From: the human T2T-CHM13v2.0 reference genome, Homo sapiens
DNA length: 64,000 nucleotides
Strand: one strand, 5' to 3'
Assembly: GCF_009914755.1 (NCBI RefSeq)
Contig: NC_060948.1
The notes beneath the pieces are model-generated. The model worked only from the letters and a program-made list of their open reading frames with translations. It ran no database searches and had not been told where the DNA came from. The position numbers were made by a program, and so were the translations under genes. Of the stretch, positions 40,201 to 53,420 are shown in pieces; position 1 is the first letter of the stretch, and every line of letters begins with the position of its first letter.

Positions 40201-42126
40201 AACAGTCTCATCACCTAAATGCTGGCCCAGAAATATTCCAATTATCTTTATGTAGGCAGGGTTCTGTCAGAAATGTCACTTAAATTCTGTACTAGGTCCA
40301 GCTCTGTGGCACAACATCCCATGTTGGCAGTGTCCAGGCAGGAGAGGACTGTCATATCACCTAAATCATGGGCCCCAAAACATGTTGTGATGCCTCTTGT
40401 TGACAGGTCCCAGGGAAGAATGTCTTATCATTTGGATGCCAAGTTTAGAAATGCTCCAATTACCAAAAGAATTAGGGTCCAAGCAGGAGAGGAGAGTCAT
40501 GTAACCTAGACAATAGCTCCAGAAATATGTTACAAGTCTCATGAGGACATTGCTAAGATAGTACGTTAAATCACCAAGGTGCTTGCCCCAGGTATTTGTC
40601 AAAATCTTATTTGTGAGCTATACCTAAGCAGTATTACAAAATCACTCAGGAACTGGACAAAGGTATATGTCACAATTCCAATGGAAAAGTTTAATAATAA
40701 AAGTCACCACCCTGAAAATGTCCTGGATTTTGGCATATTAGTTGTTAATAGGCTTTTTTTAATGGTCTCAGGTATATGACACAATATCACCTGTGGCAGA
40801 CAGAAAGTAAGAAACTCACATCACCTACATGGTTGTGGGTCCAGTTAGATGTCACAATCCACCTTGTGGGCAGAACACTGGCAGAAGAGTCACACTACCT
40901 GGATACTGGTTTTAGCAACATAGCTAAACCCCTTCTGTGTGCAGGACTTTGGCAAGAAAGGAGACTCACTTTACCTAGGCAATTGACATAGATATATTTC
41001 ACAATGTCTGTAAAGTTCAGTACCAAGCCTGGAGAGTGACTTCACCTTTGTGCTGGCTCAAGCAATATCTAACAATATCTCTGTGGTCAGAACCCAGGCA
41101 AAAGCAAAAAAACATCACCTATGTGCTGAGCCAAGTGACATGTTACAATGCTTCCTGTTGGCAGTACCCAAAAAACAGAATCACATAATCTGGGTACAGT
41201 TTCCAGCTACATGTCACAATGCACTGTAAGTACAGGACCAAGGCAGTAGAAGGGAGTCACATCACTTAGGTGATGGACCTAGATATAAGACACACTTTTC
41301 TTTGTATGCAGGTTTCAGGCAGATAATTCACATCACCTGGGTGATGGTCACAGTGATTTATAAAAGTGAACTCTGTAGGCAGAGCCAAGGCATATGTTAC
41401 CTATTGCTTAGGTGTTTTTCCTCATATGGCACAATTTTATCTGTGGTCTGGTCCTAGAAAAGTGAGTCAAATTATTCATGTGCTGGGCAATTACACTCTC
41501 AGAATCATTCCGAAATAAGTTTCACATCCCACATAAGTGCTGGATTCATGTATGTGATTCAATACTTTCTGTAAGTTGTGTCAAAGTAGAGGGGTCACAA
41601 TCTCAACAATGGGCAAGATTCATGTATAAGAGCCCCAATTTCAATTGAAGATTGTGTTTCAGGAAAGGAGTCACAGCCCCACAGGTGTGATGAATCAAGG
41701 TTCACATGTTACCAAATCACTTGTGAATCAGAGCCATGTATGAGAGTAGTTACTTAACCTTTGGCTGCTTTTTAAGTGTGAGATTCAGTACCTCATATAT
41801 AAGCGCTGTTCATGTGTGAGAAAGACAATCATGTCAGCTCTGTGCACATATGATGGTCACAATCTCACCTCGGTGATGGCCTCTGTTATGAAACCCTTTG
41901 TCCCATTGAGGTTTATATGATATACTTTAGAGTTATAATTTTTCTAGAAACTTATAATTGTAAAAATCCCAGGACTTTATCCATGACTGTGAGACTGGCT
42001 ATGAGAGTCAAAACATCTCTACTGACTAGGTCCAGGAATAAGACTTTTTATTGTGCATGTTTGTTTAACCCAGGTATATGTCACAATCTTGGCTGTGAGC
42101 AGAGACAAGACAGGGGAGTCTCATCA

Positions 42127-42243
42127 CCTGGGTGCTGAGCCAGTGACACAATATAATCTCATTTGTAGGATGGGCCTAGTTAGCAGATTCACATCACTTG
42201 GGTAAATCGTCAAAGAGTAAGTCATCAAGCCCACTATAGACAG
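42127..42243 (-). other. Second BPY2-homologous segment in the satellite unit
   Basis: Translates LSIVGLMTYSLTIYPSDVNLLTRPILQMRLYCVTGSAPR, 23/39 identical to recalled BPY2 residues 63-101. Confidence 0.7.
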
Positions 42244-42266
42244 GGTAGAAGATGAAGAGGAGAGTC

Positions 42267-42568
42267 CACTGGGTGCAGTAGCTCATGTGTGTAATTGCAG
42301 CACTTTGAGAATCCAAGGCAGGCAGATCACGAGGTCAAGATTTTGTGACTAGTCTGGCCAACATAGTAAAACCCATTCTTTACAAGAAAGACAATAATTA
42401 ACTAGGCCTGGTGGCAAGCACCTGTAATACCAACTACTCAGGAGGCTGATAAATGAGGATCACATGAATCCTAAAGATGGAGGTTGCAGTATTTCGAGAT
42501 TGTACCTCTGCACTCCAGACTGAGGTACAGTGTGAGACTCTGTCTCAAAACAAAGACAAAAACAAAAG
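42267..42568 (+). mobile_element. AluS (diverged)
   Basis: ctgggtgcagtagctcatg...cagatcacgaggtcaaga...gagactctgtctcaaaa, with TSD-like agaagatgaagag / agaagacgaagag. Confidence 0.9.
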
Positions 42569-45500
42569 AAGAAGACGAAGAGTATCACTTAACCTAGGTG
42601 CTGGGCTCTGCAATATGTAATAACCACCTCTCTTGGCAGGGTCTAGAATATGAAGGAGAGTCACATTATTTAGGTTTTAAAGTCAGCAGTATGTCACAAT
42701 TTCTTTGGTGTGCAGGACGCCGCAGGAGAGGAGAGACATATTACCTAGATGTTACACCAAATGATATTTCACAATGTCTTCTGGGGGCTTGACACAGGCA
42801 GAAGAAACAAATCACCTAGCTTATAGGCTAAGAGATATATGATAATATCCCCTGTTGCCAGGTCCAGGCAAAATAGTCACTTTTTATGATTCTAACCCAG
42901 CAATATGTCACAACACACCCATAAAAAGAAATTTAATACAAAAAGTCTCAACACCCGGGTACTAGGCCTAGTAAGAGGCCAAATCTCCTTGTCTTTTAGA
43001 GTGACCCTAATAACTGTGAGTTGGGTATGTATATGAGATTCACAATCTCCCGTGTTTCCTGGACCATTGTATAATACTGTACAACATTTGAAGTCATGTG
43101 TGAGAGTTGCAAACCACTCTGAGGCTTACATGTTCCTATGGATTCACAACCTTACATATTTTCCTAAAGCCAGGTATAATAGTCAAAATTTCTTCTGTAG
43201 GCTGGGGTCAGGAATGAGACCCATTTTTATATTTGTGAGCTGGATCCAGAAGTGAGTCACCATCCCAACTGTGACCAGATCCACATATGAAAGTAACAAT
43301 TCCAATGGTGTACTGCATTCACTTGTTAGACTCAGGACCCTAACAGTGGGCTTTGGACATATAGGGTGGTGGCAGCATTTACTTTCACCTGGGTGTGTAA
43401 TCCAGAGTCCAACTCTGAAATTTTGCTGATCCTTGTCATAAAACTCTGTGTTGTACTTAAGGAGATTTTACATTATGATTTAGTGTTGTAAAGCTCTGTG
43501 AGCTTGGTACAAACATGCAACCCAGGACGTTACCTATTGCCCTAGTCCTAGCAATGAAAGACAGCATATCTCCTATTGGCTAAATCCAAATATAAATTTG
43601 ACAATCATGCATGTAAACTGTAGTAAGTTATATATCATAGTCCCATTTGTGGACAGAAAAACTAACCCAGAGGGTAATATCACTTAGGTCCTCTGACAAG
43701 CAACATGGCACAATGACCTCTCTAGGCAGGGTGTAAGAATTAGAGTCACACTTACTGCATTCTGGACTCAGCAATATGGCACAATCCCACATGTGGGGAA
43801 TAAAAAAGAAAAAAGAACCAGCCAAATGGTAAGAGCCAAAACAATGGGCCCAGGGTATGTCAAAATACCTTCTGGTATTCCGCACAGTCATGAGAGTCAT
43901 GTTATCAGGGTTCTGGGCCCAGCAATATCCCATAATATTCTGGATATAGAGGACCCAGGTAAACGAGTAACAGTATCTGGGTGTCGTACTCTGCAATGTC
44001 TGTTCTTGGCATGGTTCAAGAGAAAAAGGAGAGTCAAATAACCTGAGTCCTGAGCTCAGCAGTACATCAGCATCCCCCCATTGTAAAGACCAAGCAGAAG
44101 AAGAGAATCACTTCATTTAGGTCATGGGCTCAGAGATATATCCTAGTGTCCCCAGTAAGCAGGACCCAGGAAGAAAAGGACAGTCACATCACCTAGCTGC
44201 TTCCCTACTTATATGTCACAATCTAAGAAGTGGGCAGAAAGCAGGCAGAAGAGCCACACCATCTGCATACTGCCTCAAGTAATATCTCACCATGCCCAAT
44301 GAAGAGAGGTTTAAAGAAATAAAAAGAGAATCACACTACCTGGGGGCTGGGATCAGCAATGTGTAATAATTACCTCTCTTTGTTGGGTCCAGGACAAAAA
44401 AAAAGTCATGTCACTTAGGTTTTGCACTCAGTGGTATATCAAAATTTTTTCAGTGGGCAGGATCCAGGCAGGAGGGATGAGTCACATTACCTAGATGCTA
44501 TATCTATCAATATGTCACAGTGTCTCCTTTGGGCAGGGCATGGGCAGGAGAGACAAATCATCTAGCCAACAGGCCTGGAGATATGTGAAAATATTCTCTG
44601 TTTGCAGAGCTCCTACAGAAGAGTCACTATATCAATATTCAAACCCAGTGATATGTAACAATCCCCTTATGAAAAAGGAATTTCAACCAAACAGTCTCAA
44701 CACTGGTTTACTTTGCCAAAGTTATGACACAATCACCTCATTATTAAGGATGACACCATTAACTGTTATCTAGTTGTGCATATGATAGTCAAAATCTAAC
44801 ATGTGTGCTGTTTATTGTATGGCACTCTTTACAACTCCTGAGATGTTTATAAAACATGTATGAGGGTTCCAAAACTCTCTGAGACCTACATGCTTATATG
44901 GATTCATGATCTTACGTATTGCCCTAAACTCAGGGATAACAGTCAACATCTCTCCTATATGCTGGCTTCAGGGATGAGACTACTATTATGCCTGTGACCT
45001 AGGCCCAGAAATTAGTCATCATTTCACCTGTGACCATATTCATTTATGAATGTCACAATTCTAACTTGGTGCTGTATTGACTTGTTAGGCCCAGGACCTC
45101 AACAATGGGTTTTGTAAATGTAGGATAGTAAAAACTTTTATTTTCAACTGAGTGTGTAGGTGAAAGTCACCATTTTAACTTTTTGTTGGGTCCCATTGTG
45201 AACCTTCCTGTACCACTCAAGAAGTTTTTATGATATGAGTTAGTTTTGTAAGCTTCTGTGAGATTTGTACAAATATGCAATGGAAGATCTTTCCTATTGA
45301 CCAAAACCTAGTGGAGAGAGGCAAAATATCTCCTGCTGGTTGAATCCCAATATAAGCTTGATCACCATGTCTTTGAACTGAATCAAGGTATATATCATAA
45401 TCCCACTTGAGGGCAAAAAACTAGGCAGAAGGTTAATATCACTTAGGTGCTGTGCCAAGCAATATGTCGTAATGCCCTATTTAGGCAGGGCCTAGGAAAT

Positions 45501-47190
45501 AGGGTCACATTAGTTGATGGCAGGAGCAAGCAAAATGATACAACCACACATGAAAGAAAGCCAACAAAGTGGTCAGAGACAAAAAAAACCTACAGAATAA
45601 ACCAAAGATATGTTAAACTACCTTCTGTGGCTCTGGCATAGGCAGAAGAGTCATATCATTAGGGAGTTGGGTGGAGCAATATGCTATAATTTTCTCTTTA
45701 TGCACGACCTATGAAGAATAGTAACATCATGTGTGGGCTGGGCCTGAAATATGGCAAAAGTCCTTTTCATGGGTGCTATTCAGCAACAAGTTGAGAGTCA
45801 CATTACCTAAGTGCTTGGCTTATCCATATGTCACAGTCTTCCTATTGTAAAGGCCCAGAGATAAACAGAGACTCACATCACTTAAGTCATGGGCTCAGAG
45901 ATATGGCCCAATGTCACCAGTAGCCAAGGCTCAGGCAGAAAGAGGGAGTCATATTACATAGGTGCTTCTTTATTTAGATATCACAAATTAATATAAGGGT
46001 AGAAACCACGTTGAAGAGCCACATGATCTGGTCCTGCATCCCGAGATGTTCACAAGTCCCCCTTAGAACAGGACCCAGGAAAAAGACACATCACCTAGGT
46101 GTAAATTCCACCCTTATATCATGAAGTTCCTTGTGGACAGGGCCAAGCAGGAAGTCACATCACCTAGGTGATAGGCTCAGATATATGTCATAAAGCCTTC
46201 TTTAAAGCATCACCCTGGCAAAAGAGTACAATCACCTTTTTGCCTGGCCTGGCAATGTGTCACTATTCAAGTGGGCAGGTCCCAAGTAGAAAAGCCATAG
46301 CACCTATATGATAGGCCTGTGATATGTCAAAATGTCCTCTTTTGTGCATGGCCCTGGCATCCTCTTTTAAGTGATGGACACAGTGATAAGTCACAATGAT
46401 ATCTGTGGGCATAGTGAAGGCAAGAATGTAATGTCATCTTGGTGCTGGATCCAGTGATGTCACAATTTTTACTGATAGCAGAGACCAGGAAGAAGAGTCA
46501 TATCACTTCAAAATTGGCCCAGGTAGATATCAAAATTCCATATATAGGTTGGAACCAATCTGAAGAATGAAATTACACAGGTGCTTGGGGAAGATTTATA
46601 TCACATTCACAGTGTAATTAAATTCAAGGGATTAGATTTACAATACTACACATGTCCCGTTTTTAGGTAGGATAGTTGCTCTCATTCATCTTTGATGTTG
46701 AAAGTCCTTACTGTTATTTGAGTATGCATATGAGTGTGCATCATAATTTTCTCTGTGTGCTAGACATTATTATGACAGCTTCTATATAGCCCAAGGGTGT
46801 TATAAAATATCTGTGTTTGTTATAATTTTCTGTGACCATTTTATCAGAAGAAGATCCTTGACAATACTCATGTTGTGACAAAAGTCAAAATTTATCTTAT
46901 TGGCTGGGTCCCCATATTACAGTCATTATCATGTTTGTTAGCTGTGCATAGGTAAATGTCACCATTACCTCTGTGGTTGTTAAGCAGGGAGGACAATCAC
47001 ATCACCTAAATTTTAAGCCAGAATTTTTCCAAAATTCTCTTTGATGGCAAGAGTCTAACAGAAAATTCACAAGACATGGGTGCTAGGCAAAGCTCTATGT
47101 CATAATGTCCCTTGTGGTGAATGTCCAGGAAGGAGAGTAGAGTCATATTACCTAAATCATGGCCCCAGAGATATGTCACAATGCCTCCTG

Positions 47191-48456
47191 TTAATAAATG
47201 GTGCAGGCAAAACTGGCTAGCCATATGCAGAAAGCTGAAACTGGATCCCTTCCTTTCACCTTATACAAAAATTAATTCAAGATGGACTAAAGACTTACAT
47301 GTTAGATGTAAAACCATTAAAACCCTAGAAGAAAACCTAGGCAATACCATTCAGGACATAGGCATGGGCAAGGACTTCATGTCTAAAACACCAAAAGCTA
47401 TGACAACAGAAGCCAAAATTGACAAAAGAGATCTAATTAAACTAAAGGGCTTCTGCACAGCAAAAGAAACTACCATCAGAGTGAACAGGCAACCTACAAA
47501 ATGGGAGAAAATTTTTGCAACCTACTCATCTGACAAAGGCCTAACATCCAGAATCTACAATGAACTCAATCAAATTTACAAGAAAAAAACAAACAACACC
47601 ATCAAAAAGTGGGCGAACGACATGAGCAGACACTTCTCAAAAGAGGACATTTATGCAGCCAAAAAACACATGAAAAAATGCTCATCATCACTGGCCATCA
47701 GAGAAATGCAAATCAAAACCACAATGAGATACCACCTCACACCAGTTAGAATGGCGATCATTAAAAAGTCAGGAAACAACAGGTGCTGGATGGGATGTGG
47801 AGAAATAGGAACACTGTTACACTGTTGGTGGGACTGTAAACTAGTTCAATCATTGTGGAAGTCAGTGCGGTGATTCCTCAGGGATCTAGAACTAGAAATA
47901 CCATTTGACCCAGCCATCCTATTACTAGATATATACCCAAGGGATTATAAATCATGATGCTATAAAGACACATGTACACATATGTTTATTGCAGCACTAT
48001 TCACAATAGCAAAGACTTGGAACCAACCGAAATGTCCAACAAACACAGATTGGATTAAGAAAATGTGGCACATATACATTGTGGAATACTATGCAGCCAT
48101 AAAAAATGATGAGCTCATATCCTTTGTAGGGACATGGATGAAGCTGGAAACCATCATTCTCAGCAAACTATTGCAAGGACAAAAAACCAAACATCGCATG
48201 TTCTCACTCATAGATGGGAATTGAACAAATGAGAACACATGGACACAGGAAGGGGAACATCACACACTGGGGACCATTGTGGGGTGGGGGGAGGGTGGAG
48301 AGATAGCATTAGGAGATATGCCTAATGTTAAATGGCGAGTTAATGGGGGCAGCACACCAACATGGCACATGTATAAATATATAACAAACCTGCACGTTGT
48401 GCACATGTACCCTTAAACTTAAAATATAATAATAATTTTTTTTAAAAAAAGAAAAA
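47191..48456 (+). mobile_element. 5'-truncated L1PA (about L1PA3-5): ORF2 C-terminus, 3'UTR and A-tail
   Basis: [25 protein letters not shown] ... [19 protein letters not shown]. The 3'UTR has the G-rich tract and cctaatgttaaatggcgagttaatggg. In-frame stops are present. Confidence 0.95.
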
Positions 48457-51400
48457 GGCCCATGCAACAGAATCATGTCATTTGGATGCAGTGCAGAGAA
48501 ATGCTACAATCTTCACTGTAATCAGTGTTCAGGCGGGAGAGGAGAGACACATAACCTAGATGATGAATCCAGCAATATGTTATGATCTCTTCTGAGGACA
48601 CTGTTAAGACACAAGAGTCAAATAATTAACTATATGTCCAGGTATATGTCAAAATGTCATCTGTGGGCTATAACTAAGGAGGATTATTAAATCACTCAGG
48701 AGATTGGCAAAGATAAATGTCATAATAATACCTGTAAAAAGGTTCAGGGAGGAGAATCACCATCCTGCACATCCTGGCTCCAGGTACAAGGGTCATTATT
48801 CAGCCTTTGATCTGGCCTCACATATATGCTGCAATGCCTCCTGTGAACATGGAGAAAAAAGGAAATTCCCATCACCTGAGTGGGTGCTGGTCAAGTTTAA
48901 TGTCAAAATCCTTGTAGTGTACAGGCCTCTAGAAGAAGAGTTACATCACCTGGATGCTTATTTCAGTGATGTATCTAATCCTCCACCGAGGGCAGGGCTT
49001 AAGCAGGAGAGGAGACAATCATCACCTACGCAATTGGCCTGGATATATATCACAACGGCCCTTATGTTTAGGACCAAGGCAGGAGAGTGAACTCACCTTG
49101 TGCTGGTTTCAGCTGTATGTCACCATCTCTCTGGTGGTCAGGACTCAGTCAAGAGAGAATAAGCATCACCTAGGTGCTAAGCCAAGTGTTATGTTATATA
49201 GTTTTTTATTGGTAGAACACCCCCAAATGAACAGTCACATCACATGGGTGCAGTACCCAGTTATGTGTAACAATGCACCAGAACTGCAAGGCCAAGGCAG
49301 AATAAGGAAGTCACATACTTATATGATGGACCTTGATAAAAGCCACAATGCTCTTTGTAGGCAGGGTTCAGACCAAGATTTTACATCAGCTGAGTGCTGT
49401 GTTCAGAGATATGTAAAAGTGCCCTTGGTCCCATTGCCAAAGAAGGTGTTGTATATCACTTAGTTGCTTGGTGCACATATGTCACAATTTGAACTGTGCT
49501 CTGGGTCTAGAAAGGAGAGTCAAAACAATCAGATGCTGGACAAAGTCATACTTCTCAGTCACACACTCGAAAATGTTCAGAAATACATTTCACAGTCCCA
49601 CACAATCCTGGCTTTGGGTGGGAGAGTCAACATCTACGATTTGGTTTGAAATACAGAAGTCACAATCTCAAAAATGTGCAAGATGCATGTATAAGAACCC
49701 TAATCCCACTTGAGTATTGTGCTCCATTAGTAGAGTCAAAGCACCACAGGTTTGCTGAATAATGGTTCATATGTCACAAAACCACCTGTGGATCTGATTC
49801 ATGTACAAGAGTTACAATTTTGAGATTTTGACTGCTTATGTGTGTGAGAGTTAGTACCTCATTTATAGGCTCTGTTTATGTGTGAGAATGAAAACAGTGT
49901 CAGCTGGGTGTTCATCCAAGACTCAAAATAGCATCTGATTGTTGGTGCCTGTTATAAAACTCTTTGTACCACTGAAGATTTATGTGATATAACTGAGTAG
50001 CACGGTTTTCCATGAATTCTTACAGGTGGGAGGTCTAGGACTTTACCCACGGCTGTAAGAGTGGCAATGAGAGTGGAAATATCTCCTTTGGCTGGGTCAA
50101 TGTATGAAAGTTATTGTTATGCATATTAACTGATTTAACAAATAAGTCTCAATTTTACTTTTGGGTACAGACAAGACAGAAAAGTCACATCATCTGGGTC
50201 CTTACAAGGCATATATTATAATCTCCTCTGTAGGCAGAACCCAGTCAGAAGGCTCATATCACCTGGGTACAATCTGAAATGATATGACATCATGCCCACT
50301 GCATACATAGTTGAGAAAAATAGTGGATAGTCACAGCCCCTAGGTGCTATGCTCAGCAATATATTATATTTCCCTCTCTTGACAGAGTATGGAACAAAGG
50401 GTAGAGTTACGTCTCCTAGATTTTATACTCAGTTGTATGTCACAATTTCTTTAGTGGGGAGGATCCAGGTAGGAGAGGAGATTCACATTATCTAGATGCT
50501 ATACCTAGCAATATGTCACAGTGTCCCCTGTAGGCAGGGCACTGGGTGGAGAGACACATCACCTACCTGGTAGGCCCAGAGATATGTGATAATATCCCCT
50601 GGTTCCAGGATCCAAGCAGAAGAGTCACCTTTTTATTATTCTAACCCAGCGATGATTCACAATGCAAACATGGTAAAGAATTTAAGCCAAAACTTCTCAA
50701 CAACTAGGAGTACTGGGCCTAGAGATATGACACAATCTCTTCATCTCTTAGCATCACACCTTTAACTGCTAGCTTGGGGTGTATGTGAGAGTCACAATCT
50801 CATGTGTTATCTGGATCATTGCATGACACATTCTACAGCATTCAAAGGGTTTATGCAACATGCATGAGAGTAGCAATCCACTCTGAGGCATGCATGGTTG
50901 TATTGACTCACAATCTTATATACTGCTTTAAACCCAGTTATAATAGTCAACATCTCTCTTATAGGGTGGGTTCAGATGGGAGACCAATTATTATGCCTGT
51001 GATCTGGGTCCAGAAATTAGTCACCCTCTCATCTGTAGCAAGATCCACATATCAAAGTCAAAATTCCATCTTTGTACTTTATTTACTTGTTAGACTCAGA
51101 ACTTCAACAGTGGCCTTTGTAAATGTGGGATGGTGACAACTTTGTCTCTCACCTGCAAGTGTAATGAAGAATCATGATCTTACCCTTTTCCTGGGCCATG
51201 TTACAAAACTCAGTGTACCACCCAATAAGTTTATAGAATACGAGTTAGTTTTGTAACATTCTTTGAGTTTTGTACAAATACGCAACTCATAACCTTAACT
51301 GTTGCAGTAAGCATAGAGATGAGAGGCAAAATATCTACTATTGGTGTAATACCAATTTAAATTTGATCATCATCACTCTGAATAGAAGCAATGTAAATTT

Positions 51401-53346
51401 AATATCCAGTTTTTAGGAAAAAACTTGACAAGAGGTTAGCACAAATTAGGTGTTTTGCCAAGCAATATGTCACACTGCCTCCTCTAGGCAGGTGGTAGAA
51501 ATGAGGGTTATATTAACTGGACACTAGACCCAGAAATATAACACAATCCCAAATGTGAAAGAAAAACAGACAATTGATGACAGCAAACACACCTACAACA
51601 TGGGCTCAAGATATGTTAAAATACTTTCTGTTGCTGTGGCACAGGCAGGAGAATTACATCATCCGCGTTACAGACCTAATAATATGCCATAATTCTGTCT
51701 TTATGAAGGACCCAGGCAGCAGAGGAACATCATCTGGGTGCTGGGCCAGCCAATATGTCAGAATTCCTCTTCATAGGGACAGTTCAGGAAAATATTAAGA
51801 GTCATATTATGTAAGTATTGGGCTTAGTATTATTTCACGTTACCCCATTGTAAAGCCTCTGGCAGGAAAACAGGTTCACATCTCTTAGGACATGAACTCA
51901 GGTATATGGCCAAATATCCCAAGTAGGCAGGGCTCAAGCAGAAGAAAAGAGTCATATCTCATATCATGTAGGTGCTTCCCTAGGTATATGACACAATCTT
52001 ACACGTGAGGTGAAAGCAGGCAAAACAGCCACATCACCATGATGTTGGATTCTGAGCTATGTCACAAGGCTCCCTTAGGACAAGACCCAGACAAGAGAGT
52101 TAGAGCAAATAAGTGCAGTGTTTGCCCTTATTTTTCAATGCTGTATGTGTGCAGGACCAGAGCACGAAGTCACATCACCTAAGTAATAGGTCCAGAGATA
52201 TGTCACAATGTCCCACTGAGGCCCTGGTGAAGGGGTACCATTACGTTTGTGCCTAACCTAGCAACATGTCACTATACAGGTAAGCATTACCCAAGCAGGA
52301 GAGCAGAATCCCCTAGATGAAGTCTCAGAAATTTGTCATAATGCACTTTGTAGGACATGGCCATAGCAAAAGAGTACCATCAGCTTTGTGCCTGGCCCAG
52401 CCATATGTCGCTATACCCCACAGTGCACAGGGACCATTATAATGAGGAGATTTATGTCACCTAAGTTGTTGACACAGTCATATGTCACAATAATTTCTGT
52501 AGGCAGGGCTCAGGCAAAAATGTAACATGACCAGTGTCCTGGATCCAGTGATATGTCACAATTCTTACTGAGAGCAAGGCCTAGGCAGGAGAGTCACATC
52601 ACCTAGAAGGTGGCCAAGGTACACATGACAATAACTTACATGGGATGAAACCAGTCTGGATAGTCAAATCACATAGGTGCTAGGCAAATATTTATGTCAC
52701 AGTCACACTGGCAGAAAATTCACTGGATGAGATTTACAATACCACACATATCCTGATTTCAGGACTGACATCTGGCTTCATATATGTGAGATGGTAACAG
52801 TCCTCACTGTCGGCTTGGTGTGTATATGAGACTCACAATTTCACCTTTCTGTTATGTTCTGTTATTACACTCTCTGTACAAGCCAAGGGCTTTATAAAAT
52901 TTCCGAGGCTATTATAATCTTCTGTAACCTTTCTTTAACTGAGAGAGACTTAATCACTCATGTTTCTATAGCAAGTAATGAGGGTCAAAATTACTCCTAT
53001 TTGTGGGGTATGAGAGTCAATACTATGCCTGTGAGTTGTGCATAGTTATATGTCACAATTTACTCTGTGGTAATGAAACAGGCTTGACAGCCAAGTCACC
53101 TAAATGCTGAACCAGAAATTTTCAAATATTCTTGTAGGCAAGTTCCTGGAAGAAAAGTTGCATAACTTCTGGGTTACACCCAGATGTATGGCACAATGCC
53201 CCTTTTAAGCAGTGCCTAGGCAGAAGAGGAGAGTCATATAATCTAAATGACTGGCCAAGACATGTGCAACAATGCCTTCTGTTGAAAGGACCAGGCAAGA
53301 GAGTCATGACATTTGCATGAAGTGCTTAGAAATGCTACAATCCCCA

Positions 53347-53420
53347 AGGCAGAGGTTGTAGTGAGCCGAGACTGCAGCACTGCACTGCAACCTAGGTGAC
53401 AAAATGAAAGAAAAAGAAAA
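53347..53420 (+). mobile_element. Severely 5'-truncated Alu with TSD
   Basis: ggcagaggttgtagtgagccgaga...ggtgacaaaatg plus A-tail, flanked by aaatgctacaatcccca / aaacattacaatcccca. Confidence 0.88.
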
